From positions 41,974,001 through 42,038,000 of the forward strand of contig CM114271.1 of assembly GCA_050084515.1 (NCBI GenBank): a stretch of 64,000 nt of DNA. The letters run 5' to 3'. The position numbers and the translations under genes were made by a program. Below are positions 12,588-24,175 of this stretch, in pieces; the stretch's first letter is position 1, and the number at the start of each line of letters is the position of its first letter. The notes under the pieces were generated by a model. It ran no database searches, was not told the origin of the DNA, and was given only the letters and a program-made list of their open reading frames with translations. Origin of the DNA: Blasia pusilla (taxonomy: Eukaryota).

Positions 12588-14395
12588 ATGAGACCAGTGC
12601 CGGCATTCAAGCTGGTCCTTCTTGGAGATGGTATATTTATACGTCTCCTCGCTTTCGTTATTTGATGTTTCGGGCATTAAAATATCTGAAATCATACCTC
12701 AACACCATCAAATTGGAATTTTAGTTATAACCTCGAGATCTTGCATCTGAACACGTTGTAGAATCGAATTGTGAGCTTGAATCAAATTGGAAGCTTGATC
12801 GTTTAGACTTCAATTTTCCTGTGTCTGTTTCGTTCTGTTATCTGATAAGCAGAACGTGAAGGGACCAACGTGGAATATGCTAGAAATGCCTTGGAAGCAG
12901 CGCACAAATTGGGCATGCTTAGGGTTTTGACCATAAGCACAAGTATGTCCCAGGTTCGTCCTTGAGAGTGGCTATCTTGCTTGCAGGGCGTGTTGGGAAA
13001 ACATCCATGGTGCTACGCTATGTCAACAATATTTTCTCGGAGAAGCAAACAGCCACAATTCAGGCATCCTATTTAACGAAGCGAGTGAATGTGGAGGGCT
13101 CCACTGTCACCCTTGCCATCTGGGTGAGTCTTCCTGGTCGGTCTTTCTTCCGTAGTACATGTCTTGTTGATCTGTCAAGGAACTCTGAGAGAGTGGCTTT
13201 AGTTATTCCCCACGGGAAACCTACCATGATATGTGTAGTCATTTGAACCACATCAACGGTTTCTTCTTTCGAAAACTCTTAAGTCCTAGTGCATTCTGTG
13301 ATTTGACATTGTTTCAATTACAAGTCCTTATTTTGTTACAATGTCAAATAGCAGGACACAGCGGGACAGGAACGCTTTCATGCACTGGGACCTATCTACT
13401 ACCGGGATGCTGATGGTGAGCCTATTGATACCTAATTCCCTAGGATCACATTTTGTGATTCTCTTGTATAGGTTTAACATCCTGCAGTTCTGTCATGAGT
13501 ACCAGCAAAGCTAATTTGAGTGATGATATTGTGTCAAATTCTAACTGTATGGTGTTGCTTATTCCAGTTGGTTCTGAGTTTTGTTGTGTTTGGTATCTGG
13601 GAGGACAGCTGCCCTGTTAGTTTATGATCTTATGGATAAGGACAGTTTTAATCGAGTCAAAAGCTGGGTCAAGGAGCTTCGCAAGATGGCAAATAAGAAC
13701 ATTGTGCTTGCAATTGCGGGCAATAAGAGTGACATGGATCGACATCGAACTGTTGACCTTAAAGATTCTGAAAGGTTGTTGACTTTGGTCTCTTGAGTTC
13801 GACTGGATGGTCAAGAAGATCTCGGTTTCCAGTATTGCCAGAGCGGATGACTAGAGTGCAGTGATTGTTGTAAAGTGTCTAGATGCAGTGATGATTGAGC
13901 CATCTATCAATCATTTGGGACAGGGAACTAGTCGAGTAGTATCAGTCATTCTCAAAGGTAGAGTGGATTGCCATTGGTATTGATGCAAGCTAAATTTGAA
14001 TTTAGCTGTCTTTTTATTTGTTTCTTCTGGAGTTCTTAGGGCACTAACTGCTCAGCGAATGCAACACAGCTATGCAGAGTCTATTGGAGCTCATCATTTT
14101 TTGACATCGGCAAAGTTCAATACAGGAATCGACGATGCTTTTCTTGATATCGCAAAACGTAAGTCCTACTACTATCGTGAGCCTTGCTGGTGCTTTTCTC
14201 CAATGATACTCTCATTTCCTTGCACTACTAGGTGATAGCTGGGTTTGAGATCTGCGACTGTTGATGATTACAGGTGTGTTGGAGCAAAGAAGAGGCAGTA
14301 ATCCTGAAGGTATATCAGCTGGACCTCATAGGAAAAGCCTCATCATCATTGATGATCAACCAGAGACGCCACCCGCTTCAAAATGTTGTTCCTGA
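12588..14395 (+). CDS. RAB21: Rab21 small GTPase (Rab5-related endosomal Rab), 6 coding exons
   Basis: Exons 12588-12630, 12987-13123, 13355-13415, 13609-13774, 14070-14158 and 14274-14395, all GT-AG and in frame. Motifs: FKLVLLGDGRVGKTS, TIQASYLTK, WDTAGQERFHALGPIYYR (Rab21 signature), GNKSD, TSAK, and C-terminal prenylation motif CCS. A probable 5'UTR intron lies at about 12226-12475. Confidence 0.93.
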
Positions 14396-15416
14396 TAAAC
14401 CTGTGTATATGTAAAATGAATTGATTAAAACTTATTCTTCAGCCTCTGCAATGCAGCTAGTCAGATACAAGCAGTCAAAAGTACTGAGGTGGGACTGATC
14501 CAGAACTATTAGGACAGACTTTCTTTATTGCTAAATGTTTATGGGTAAGGCCAATGGGAAGTAATTTACAGCCTGGTAGGAAAGCTTGACTTAGTGCATG
14601 TTGAGAAAAAATGGATTAGTGGGTGCTGCAAATGGCTGCCACACGAGTGCACACTCCTGCACATGACAAGAAACTCGGTCAGAACCTTAAACCATCTTCC
14701 TTATCCATTTCACTGGTTACTGGGTTGTCCCTTGACTTGGTTATTGGAAGTTGCAAGGACTCTACCCAGTTTTCTATCAGTGAAAAAAGGTTTGCTGCAG
14801 CCGAGGTCATGGCTGGTAAGTGATGGGCTGGATTGTAACATACTGAGGGCCATCAGAACTCAGCAATGAACCCTTTAAGAAACGTGCTTTCTCCACTTCA
14901 AAAAAGCCATAAAAGGGAAAAAAAATCAACAGAAAGTCACCCTTGGCAGGGGGGTGCTTTAGTTTAAGTCTGTAGGATGAGGTAGTGAATTCTTTTTACT
15001 GTCAACATAGTTCAAATTTTAGAGAAGATGGATGAAAATCTCTTTTACAGCACATTTCAATTAATGTGTTAACTGTGACAGCCACCCTTGGCTCGAATAT
15101 GAAGAGTACTTATGAGCAGGATGGAAGAGCAAGAGGGCATTGGTGTATCTCTGATTTAAGTGTTTTGGACAAAGAAATTCGGGTGAATCAAGTTGGGTGA
15201 AGGCATGTGCCAGCGGGTGATGTTGGAGGGTTTGCCAAGGTATGCCATCTAGGATACAGAATCTTGCTTAGGGTAGAAGTTGATTAGATGCTGTACATTG
15301 TGTCATTTCTCTGCCAAGTTTTTGTTCTGCACCTTTGCTTTCAAACATGAGAGAATTGTGGAAAAAGACCTGGTATAAGCGGGAAGTTTAGTGATGGTAC
15401 AAGTTGGCATTGACCC

Positions 15417-15550
15417 CTGCTTAATTGAGGTACAGGCCCATGCATTGTAGTATTTGTCATGTCAGCTCAAAAAATATCGGAAGAACTACAGCAACGTGGA
15501 GGTGAGATGACAAATACCACAATGTATGGGCCTATAACTCAATTAAGCAG
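15417..15550. repeat. About 52-bp imperfect inverted repeat with about 30-nt loop
   Basis: CTGCTTAATTGAGGTACAGGCCCATGCATTGTAGTATTTGTCATGTCAGCTC pairs with GAGGTGAGATGACAAATACCACAATGTATGGGCCTATAACTCAATTAAGCAG, with about 6 mismatches. Confidence 0.85.
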
Positions 15551-15997
15551 CTTACCCTTTCAGTGTAGCAAGTCCATAAGGTGGAAGTCCTGAGCCAAGC
15601 CCAGAATCTTGCTATCTAGTCATAGAGATACGGTTCCAGGTTAAGAGCTGCTCAGATTTTGTGACCCATACCAATTCCTGTCTTCATGTAGTGCTTGTTG
15701 TGTGGCTAGAGAGGGGAGGGTGGTCGATGAGATTATGTCGTTTGTAGGATCAGAAATGATGATGTGTGCATGAAACTCTTGAGTCACAAAATTTGGCGGT
15801 TCAGATTTTCACCATGTAGTTGATTCCAACCAAAGTAGAAATATCTTATGTAGAAATATCATGTAGCCAGCATGTATGTGGCTGGTCTTCTCTTTGAAGT
15901 GGGGATGACCAGCAGTGGACAGTAAGTGTTTTGAAGTTAAAATAGCCAATGTTGTAAAGATATGCTGGTCATATCGGCGCGTCTTCAAAGACGTTGC

Positions 15998-16471
15998 TTT
16001 TGTGATTCAATCATTTTGAGCAGAGGGGATTCATGATGTTAAACAGAACTTTTAATAGAGGAACTAGGAAATTGAAGATGGTTCTTGAGGTGGTGAACTT
16101 CAATTATCGAAAGTCAATGAGGTTCAAGGTGAGAGACCAGCTTTGAACTGAGAGAGGATAGTTCAGGTGTTCATCATGAAGGTGAGATATATGTCTTCCC
16201 ATACACCAGGTACTGAACGAGCCTGGATGTGAATGTTTACTTTTGTGATTCAATCATTTCAGCAGAGGGGATTCATGATGTCAAACAGGACTTTTACTAG
16301 AGGAACTAGGAAATTGAAAATGGTTCTTGAGGTGGTGAACTTCAATTATCAAAAGTGGATGAGGTTCAAGGTGAGAGACAAGCTTTGAACTGAGAAAGGA
16401 TAGTTCAGGCGCTAATCATGAAGGTGAGATATTTCCTCCCCTTACACCAGGTTGTGACTGAGCTTGGATGT
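15998..16471. repeat. Direct tandem duplication of about 240 bp
   Basis: TTTTGTGATTCAATCATTT...GAGCCTGGATGT at about 15998-16231 is repeated at about 16241-16471. Confidence 0.9.
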
Positions 16472-16999
16472 AAGCCACATAATTTGTTGCTGGAGTTGGT
16501 TTTGTATGATGATGCATTTGATCACTAATAGGGTGTGTCTAATGTCTCTGGCTGGGGAGAGAGATAGATAATTGGGATAGGACATCTAAAGATTATCCTG
16601 CTTGTTATGATTATGGATAATGATTTGAACATTCACTATTGTCATCCATCTTGAAGTTCCAAAGTGTGCCAACTGCCAGTAACCTCATTACAATAATGAC
16701 TTCATGAGAAAGAAGGTAAACATGGAACAACAATTTTCAACTCAGTTTGTTGTAGAGCAAAGCAATAAATATGAGATTCAGGATTTATCTTAGATCGCAA
16801 AGTGTATGACTGTCAATGAAGGTGCATCATGAGTGTATTGGGATGATGAGTTGGAGAAAGATTCAGTAATAGTTTGATGTTCTATCCAATTACAACATCA
16901 ATTGGAGCATCCAGATTGTATTCACCCGACATGAAGATGAAGGTAGAGAGATGTCCACACACAAGTCATTCAAAGAAAGCAAATCACAACTTGTACTAG

Positions 17000-18620
17000 G
17001 GAAATTCTTGGATGTAATATGAGTGGTAATGTTGTTTAGATGTTTATTTGCTGATTATTTTGTTCTTATCATTGATAATTAATCACTTTACTTCTTGATA
17101 GAGCTAGGTAAGCTTGTCAATGGGCTTTTTTGTTCTACAAATAAGATTTTCGAGTGATGTATCGAATTGAAGGAGTCAACCATAATTTGGACGAGTTCAG
17201 ACTAGAATTTGGATGAGCACAAGTAAGTGAGATTTTCTTTCCACAAGCCGCATGATTAGAGTGATGATCATTATAACTTATGATGGTGGGATGGTCTTAA
17301 AGCATCTACGCATAGGTAGCATTGGATGAAGAATGACATCAGATCTTACAAGCAGCTTTGAGGTTCAATGGGATGAAATGCATGTTTTGCAAGCTTATGA
17401 GGATGGTAGATTGCAAGTGATGTCGCATTCTGTATAGGGAGCCTTGTTAGTATAACATGCGCATGAAGAGTTGTAGCATTTTAGAATGAAACAAATGAGT
17501 AACTTATTTTATATGTTATATTGATGCAAATAAATTTAGAATAATTGATTGTTTTATTGCATGGTATGTGCAAACATCTTTCATTGTTCTAATTCATTAT
17601 CGATCATAAATTTATTTAGTGAATAGAGCTTGAATATGTTTGAATCTCTCTTATTGATGGAATGTTTTGTTTTATATGCATTGAGAATAACTAAACACTT
17701 TCTAAAATGAAAAAAGTTGGTTGCATTGTGGAACAAAGTGAGTATGTCTTTCTAAATTGAGTGCTGAAATGTGATACAATAATGGTACATTAAAACAATT
17801 GCAAAATTGATTGACCGTGTGTTTAAGTTTAGGAGGGAATTTTAGAGTTTACGTGACAAGATATTAATGGTATATTCTATGACATTTAGAATTATGTTTA
17901 GGCATAAGATTTTGCAAAGATTATGGCTCACATAGTGAACATGATTCGTGCAAGTATGGGTAGTAGAGGGATCATATATGAGATTGGTACCAATAGTTAT
18001 TATGGTTAGCAATGAGGGATTGGATCAAGAGGCAAACATTCTTTGCAGCTTTGTCACCCTAGATTTTGCTTCATAGGTCAGAGCCATATTTATTTATTTC
18101 CTTTTTCTTGATGCTCAAGAGATGTAGAGTTTCCATGGACACAGTGTGTGGATGAAAGCATATTCTCAATGGGTAGGGACATTTCGAAAATCTGTGTCTT
18201 TGGTATTTGAGAACTTAATTATTGTAAAACATTGAGATACATTGATATGTATAGATATTCGGAATGGAGGACATCGATTGATAATCTAGAGGATTTGTTA
18301 GGAGAGTATAACTACTTGTAGAAAATGAGTATGATAATATTTCGCTTGAGTGCATAAGATGCACTATTCTAAGGGTGCATGAGGTATCATCATTTTATAT
18401 ATTCTCTTCAAAAAAAATTGGAATGGAATGACATGATTAGATAAATTATGTGCATGAGTGTGTATCATATCATCTTCCGAAAATCGATAAGACAATAGAG
18501 CGTAAGTCTAGAAGTGGTACCTACAAGCTTGGACCACATATTATGCAAATTTATCAAAGATTTGGCCATCATGTTAATATATGATGGATATCTTAAGGGT
18601 GGTGGATATTACATTTGATT
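17000..18620 (+). mobile_element. Highly decayed relative of the Gypsy pol region at 1-1835
   Basis: Collinear residual similarity. GCATGAAGAGTTGTAGCATTTT matches CCATGAGGAGTTGGGACATTTT, GTTATTATGGTTAGCAATG matches GTTGCCATGGTTAGCCATG, and TATCATCTTCCGAAAATCGAT matches TGTCATCTTCCAAATGTGGAT. Confidence 0.6.
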
Positions 18621-20817
18621 CCACTCTTTACTAGAGTTCTTTACATGCGGCAGATATATTGCATATATGCGTATAATAGATAAGTATGAGTATAAATTTA
18701 TTGTAACATTGTAGACACAAATGCAACAAACAATGTAGTTACATGTGCATTAAGCTTTTTTTTTTTCTATTAGCATCATAGAGATGTATGTCATTATAAC
18801 TAAGAAAACATCAAATAAATTGAAATGTTTTAATTTTTGTTTCTTTTATAATAAATTTTTTTATTATTTTTATATTAATCATCTTTTTATGTTACGCATG
18901 CAACGTTCTATGGAAAATTTATAAATTTATGATATATTCCGTATATCATAAATATATGAAAGGTATATTATATTTTTATTGGTATAAAAATGATACAAGT
19001 CCAAGTTTTGTGACGTACATGGTTATTTGGAGTTAGAGTGATCAGCCTATTGATTGGAAAAACGATTAGAAGCCTCTCAATGGATAGTCATATATGTGTT
19101 TGGTGTTCATCTATAAGTGTGGTTTTTTACTTTACTAGTTGTATGAAGGATACAATGATGTATATCATATAGTGATTGATTGATACACACAATAGTTATC
19201 ATGCCATTCTAAATAGTATGGATACAAATATATCTATATGGAATCTATATTAACACTTAATTGTAAGCCAAGGATAACATACTAGACGGATGAGGAATAC
19301 ATTTGTGTACTACTAAGGATAAAGGGATGGACTAGCTCCATTGCAAGTCCATTTTCCCAAGAGTGGCTATTTTGTGACTCCAATGCAACTACATTTTTGC
19401 GAGTCTAGTTCACGCAACTTCATTGTGGCTTGTAGTAGCCTTGCAAGTCAACGTAGTTTGGTGAGTCCAAGAATCTGCTTTCGCTTCGCAACTATAACGA
19501 CTCGCATGCAACTTACAGTGGATATTCAAATTGACCGTAACATATGTCTACTAGGACTTGCATTTCTACATTTACAAGGTCTCACATTTGAATTGCAAGA
19601 GATTGCAGTGTTTAGAGTTGCAAATGGGAAGTCTTCTTACATTCATTATAAAATGAGATCCTCATCACTCCAAGAGTGATGAGGATCTCATTTTGTGCTT
19701 GTGATCTTGTTAGGTGATAAGGGAGATGGAAATGCCTCAAAGAGTCAAGAGGGGGACATGATTGGGTGTGATAGGGGTAACATAAATTGGGAATATAGTG
19801 AGGTGCAAGAGATTCCATTTTCATTGGTTTATTTGGTGAAAGGCGAGCACTCACTTGTGATTGCATTAAATAAAGTTTGGATGTTGGCCGTAGTATCTCC
19901 AAAAATATTGAATGAGATCTATGGTTCGGAATATTGGGCCATGCTTGATATGAGGATGCGATGGAAAGACTTAAAACCTGAGAGCATACTCAAAAGTTGA
20001 AAAAGAGGATAATTGCTTGATGTAGAAGAGCCTCAAACTTTCAATGAGTGTTGTGTTGAGGTATGGGCAATATGCTCGTGAGAATTAATGAAGTAAGCAT
20101 ACCAATGGAGGAAATTAAATAAGTTGATCAATAGAAAAAAATAAAAATTTTCAGAATGTGAGATAGGTAACCGTAGGTTAAGGACTCATTTGTATATAAA
20201 CGTAAATTATCCATTTGATTATAATAAAGAAAAATGTATAATTTTTGCGCAATGTGTTAATATATCTATCACTCTACATTGTTCACTTTTTGCAAAGTTT
20301 GTCTATTCTTAGGAATATGTGTCATAACATATTTCCACCCATGAAAGGACAGATGATTAATGTAGAAACATTCCTCCATTGAGAAAAAGACAAAAGGTTC
20401 ATTGCTTTCTTATCATCTTGTTGGTGGAATTACATATCCATCTCAAACATACCACAATTGTCCATGAAAATGGAGGGCATAGGGCCTTAATACCTCAAGG
20501 AGTATCAGATGTCATCGAAATTACAAGGCAAGCACTTGGAAGGTGCGGAAAACCAACTCTAATACCTTCTCTAACACTAATTATTGGAGGCTCTCTTCAA
20601 CAAATTTTTTGTCATGTATGGATGCTTGTGATTCTTGCTCAAAAGTGCAACATACTTCATTGTGTTGACTTCGTGTACATCACTTATCCAAATCTTTGAT
20701 TCAAAAATGCGGACCACCCCTCGTAAGTGCTTGAATGGTTGAGCACATCAATCATGAAGGATCTAGTTTTGAATTGTGGAAATTATATTTATGTTGCTAT
20801 AATGAGATATGAATGCT

Positions 20818-21147
20818 CAAGTTTGCATATGGATAAAGTCTCTGTCCGAGGATATGTCCATGTCCGTGGACGTATGTCCGTCTTATAGATGGACTTGTCC
20901 ATGTGGGCCCCATCTCCCCCTTCTTTCTCATTTCTCCCATTTTCCTTTGTGATCCGCATTTTCTTGTTTCTTCCTCCTTCCACTTCCACTCTCTCCCCCC
21001 TTATTGCCCCACCCACCCTTGCCTTACTCTCTATTATGACCTATAAGTGTGGGATCCACCTTTTGCAATCCATATTCATGAACATGTCCAAACTTGTCCA
21101 TCCATGTCCGTGTTAGGGACGTACTTATTTGTTTTTGTGCAATCATG
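20818..21147. mobile_element. About 330-bp MITE-like dispersed repeat, copy 1
   Basis: Similar to 31783-32112 and 63816-64000. Has subterminal TGTCC(G/A)TGGA repeats and a CT-rich core. Ends CAAGTTTGCAT...GTGCAATCATG form a degenerate TIR. Confidence 0.7.
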
Positions 21148-21349
21148 TGCATGTCTTTACTTGATCATACTGACCTAACCACTCCATCATGCATAAGTTG
21201 TTCATAACAACAAACATATTTTCTTGGGAGCGGTATGTGGAAATTAAATATAGCCTAAGGCTTCTAGAAGACTTATATAATATTTTTTCTCGTCTTTAAT
21301 ATCACCATCCTTAACATGCATTATCCGAGGTGTTTGTGCCACAGGTGCG

Positions 21350-21950
21350 CCAATATGAAGGCGATCCAACAACTTAGATATGTAAAACATGGCCTCACCT
21401 AATATGTAGTCCTATACCATACTATCCTCAACTTGGACCTAGTTTCAAATCAAACCCTTCAATCTAAGCATGCAATATTGCATAAAATACATCAATGTAC
21501 AATACCAACCTCCCTAGCAAAATGGCTAAGCTAATGAATTGCCCCATTATAAATAAAGCTGCCAAGACCCTATCCAAGCATATGACGACCATAGTTGCCT
21601 CCACCTACATACAACCAAAATCCTTTAGACATGTGTGTTTGCGACACATCTATCTACCCATGGATATAGAAACAAGGTTGGACAAGCGTATTAGTTTTGA
21701 ACGATTTCATGATTATTTAGGGTCTTCATTTCTCAAGTGGCATGATAGAGTTGAGCATTATCGCAAATTAAGCTGACAAACAATATATGGCCTCCATGAG
21801 ATGTGGTAATGCCAATCCCTGCATTGATATAGTTAGCAATGTCATGCATTAGTCAATGGAGGTCATGGATCTTGAGTTCCTTATCCTAACTTCTTACATC
21901 ATCATCTAGAAATATCCTTTCAAGTAAGCACCATATTCTATAGGCATTCG
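21350..21950 (-). mobile_element. Probable CACTA/En-Spm transposase remnant
   Basis: Minus-strand fragments LKIHDLH*LMH, IH*LSHFAREVG and LKGLI*N*VQVEDS resemble the TnpD motifs LKSHDxHxLM, HLxxHLxxEV and LKxYVRNxARPEGS. Confidence 0.45.
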
Positions 21951-22802
21951 AATCAAGGCAAACATGCAAAATTCATCGCTCCAACCAACTCAAACCCAAG
22001 GTGGATCCCAAATTAACCCTCCTCTTATATTGGTATTGAACCAATTTCGTGTCATCTTGGACATTGGAAAATTAATTTTTGTACAATATTTATCCAATAC
22101 TTATTGATTTTCTTGAGTTATAAATACTCCATCAACACAATATGTTCAATTATTTTTACAATATAAAACATTTCAATCATCTAACTATATGGATTGATGG
22201 GATGTTGTTTCAATGTTGAATCTGATTCATTCCATGCTTGATTATTCATAACATTTGAACAAAATAGATTGGACAAGTCTCTAATGATTTATCATTTGAT
22301 TATTACTATTTTTCAAAGTATTGTTACGATATCAATTGAATCAATATTTTTTTATGTAATACCAATATGGTTTGTAACAATGTTAGTTCAATGTTTTTTT
22401 TAATGTTGGATAATTCAACATTGGTTTTGTAATGGAACAATCTACAATGGGATAATGTTGGATTATTTATCAATGATTTAACTTATACTACCTCAACATA
22501 TTAAGTTATTGAATAAATATTGATTTTACTTGTTTTCCAACAATAGATTAACATCACTCCAACATGGTACCATTTTCATCTCAACAATCCTAGAACAATA
22601 TCATTCTTCTATTAGAAATCCTAGAAATAATTTCATTCCACTATTGGAAGGATGATCTTAAATGACGCTTCTCAAATCTTTGGTTTAGACCAAAATCTAG
22701 AGAAAATCTCAAATGTTAGGATGCAAGAAATAGGTTTGAATATCATTCCCAACAAGTTCTAGAACATTTGTATGTTATCTCATCACCAATTTTTTTATAA
22801 TT

Positions 22803-23908
22803 AATATATACATCTTATTGTAAAATAAACCTCAAAAGAGGACAAAGAAAGGTAATAACATCTCAAAATAGGAGTCAAAAAATGCATAATGGAATGCAAA
22901 AAGAAAATGGCGACTAGCCAACGCAAACACCGACTCAACGAGCTACATGATTGATAGTCTGAAACAAATCTGACAAGAATAAAAGTGGTTGGTCAGACAT
23001 AAATGGACGACGAGGCGAGCGACCCCCCACCACCTCCGCACGACGTATCAATGCCAAGGCTTATGCACCTTGTAAATCCATTGAGATGCATTGCCGAAAT
23101 AAGTAGTAACTACAGAGAGAGAAGGACTACAGGAAGGGGCAAGGTGATGGTTCTCGAGGGAGTGGTGAGTACATACTTTTAGGAAAGTATCAAAAAACAC
23201 ATGTAAATGACCGAATACTTCCACTGCAAAAGGAATAAATCCATCAGTCGCATGTCATACAACATAACTTCACTTCTTCATTCTTGCTTAAGCTTCGGCC
23301 ACCAAACCTTTGGTATGTACGGCTCGACACACCAAGTCAGAACGTATTGGATCAACAACCATCACAGCACCTAGTGTCCTGAATCCACCTTGAGACATAA
23401 CAAGATCCACTCTCCGACAAGAGGTTGCTTGTGTGGTTGAAGGTAGGTCATGGAGTTGCTCTTGCCCAACGGTGTATCTTGCAATACGAGCCACCAATGC
23501 TACCACCTCTCTAATGACATCATATGTGGTCGTTCGTTCTCCACCATGTGCACATCACAGAATATAGATACCCTTGGCATCAATGGGATCCCCGCATACA
23601 CAATTCGGCATACCTAAGAGAGAAGGATGGGGAAGTCCAAGGCGTAACCGCAAAGCTGTCGAGAACGTACTTCGAGGAAGATGAAATGGAAGAATAAGAG
23701 GATTTGTAGTAAGCCACGCCCCCGCTCCGCTACTCGCACTTCAACATAGACGAGCTCGATAAGCGTCAGAAGATGCCTCAGAGAGAATGCTAGAAAAGTT
23801 GATTTGATGCAGATTCTCAGAGATATGCTCTTGAAGTCGATAAAGCCCTTGGGTAATCAATTGACTGAAAGGGGGGGAGAATTGCTTGTGTAGCAAGAGG
23901 AAGAAGAT
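22803..23908 (-). mobile_element. 5'-truncated RLE non-LTR retrotransposon (endonuclease and 3'UTR), copy 1
   Basis: Strongly similar to 41915-43010 and to 55780-56870 (opposite strand). Contains CVCGDPIDAKG and RRVDLVMSQGGFRTLG. Confidence 0.88.
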
Positions 23909-24064
23909 GTTGGATTCTCAACATCCACTTCTCTGAACACCATTAATATGATCGGCCCCCTTGTATGAGCAGAAGCCTAAATTAGCGGTTCCAACTTAGA
24001 CGTCGGAGGAGTCATAGTAATATGACGTAGGTGGTTTATGAATTAGCATTACTAGGATTATCTA

Positions 24065-24175
24065 ACCCTATATTGCATCAGGGTACGGGGCACCCTGATG
24101 CAATATAGGGTGTCCCGCATTCAATCATACTACATTTGGTGCCTCGTCTTGGACCAAATGTAGTATGATTGAATG
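24065..24175. repeat. Two adjacent perfect inverted repeats (20-bp and 23-bp arms)
   Basis: ACCCTATATTGCATCAGGGT-7 nt-ACCCTGATGCAATATAGGGT at 24065-24111. CATTCAATCATACTACATTTGGT-12 nt-ACCAAATGTAGTATGATTGAATG at 24118-24175. Confidence 0.95.

Noticed and set aside
20789-21116. Apparent small protein family (also 31794-32078 and 63809-64000)
   Set aside because: These are translations of a non-coding MITE-like repeat with a low-complexity core.
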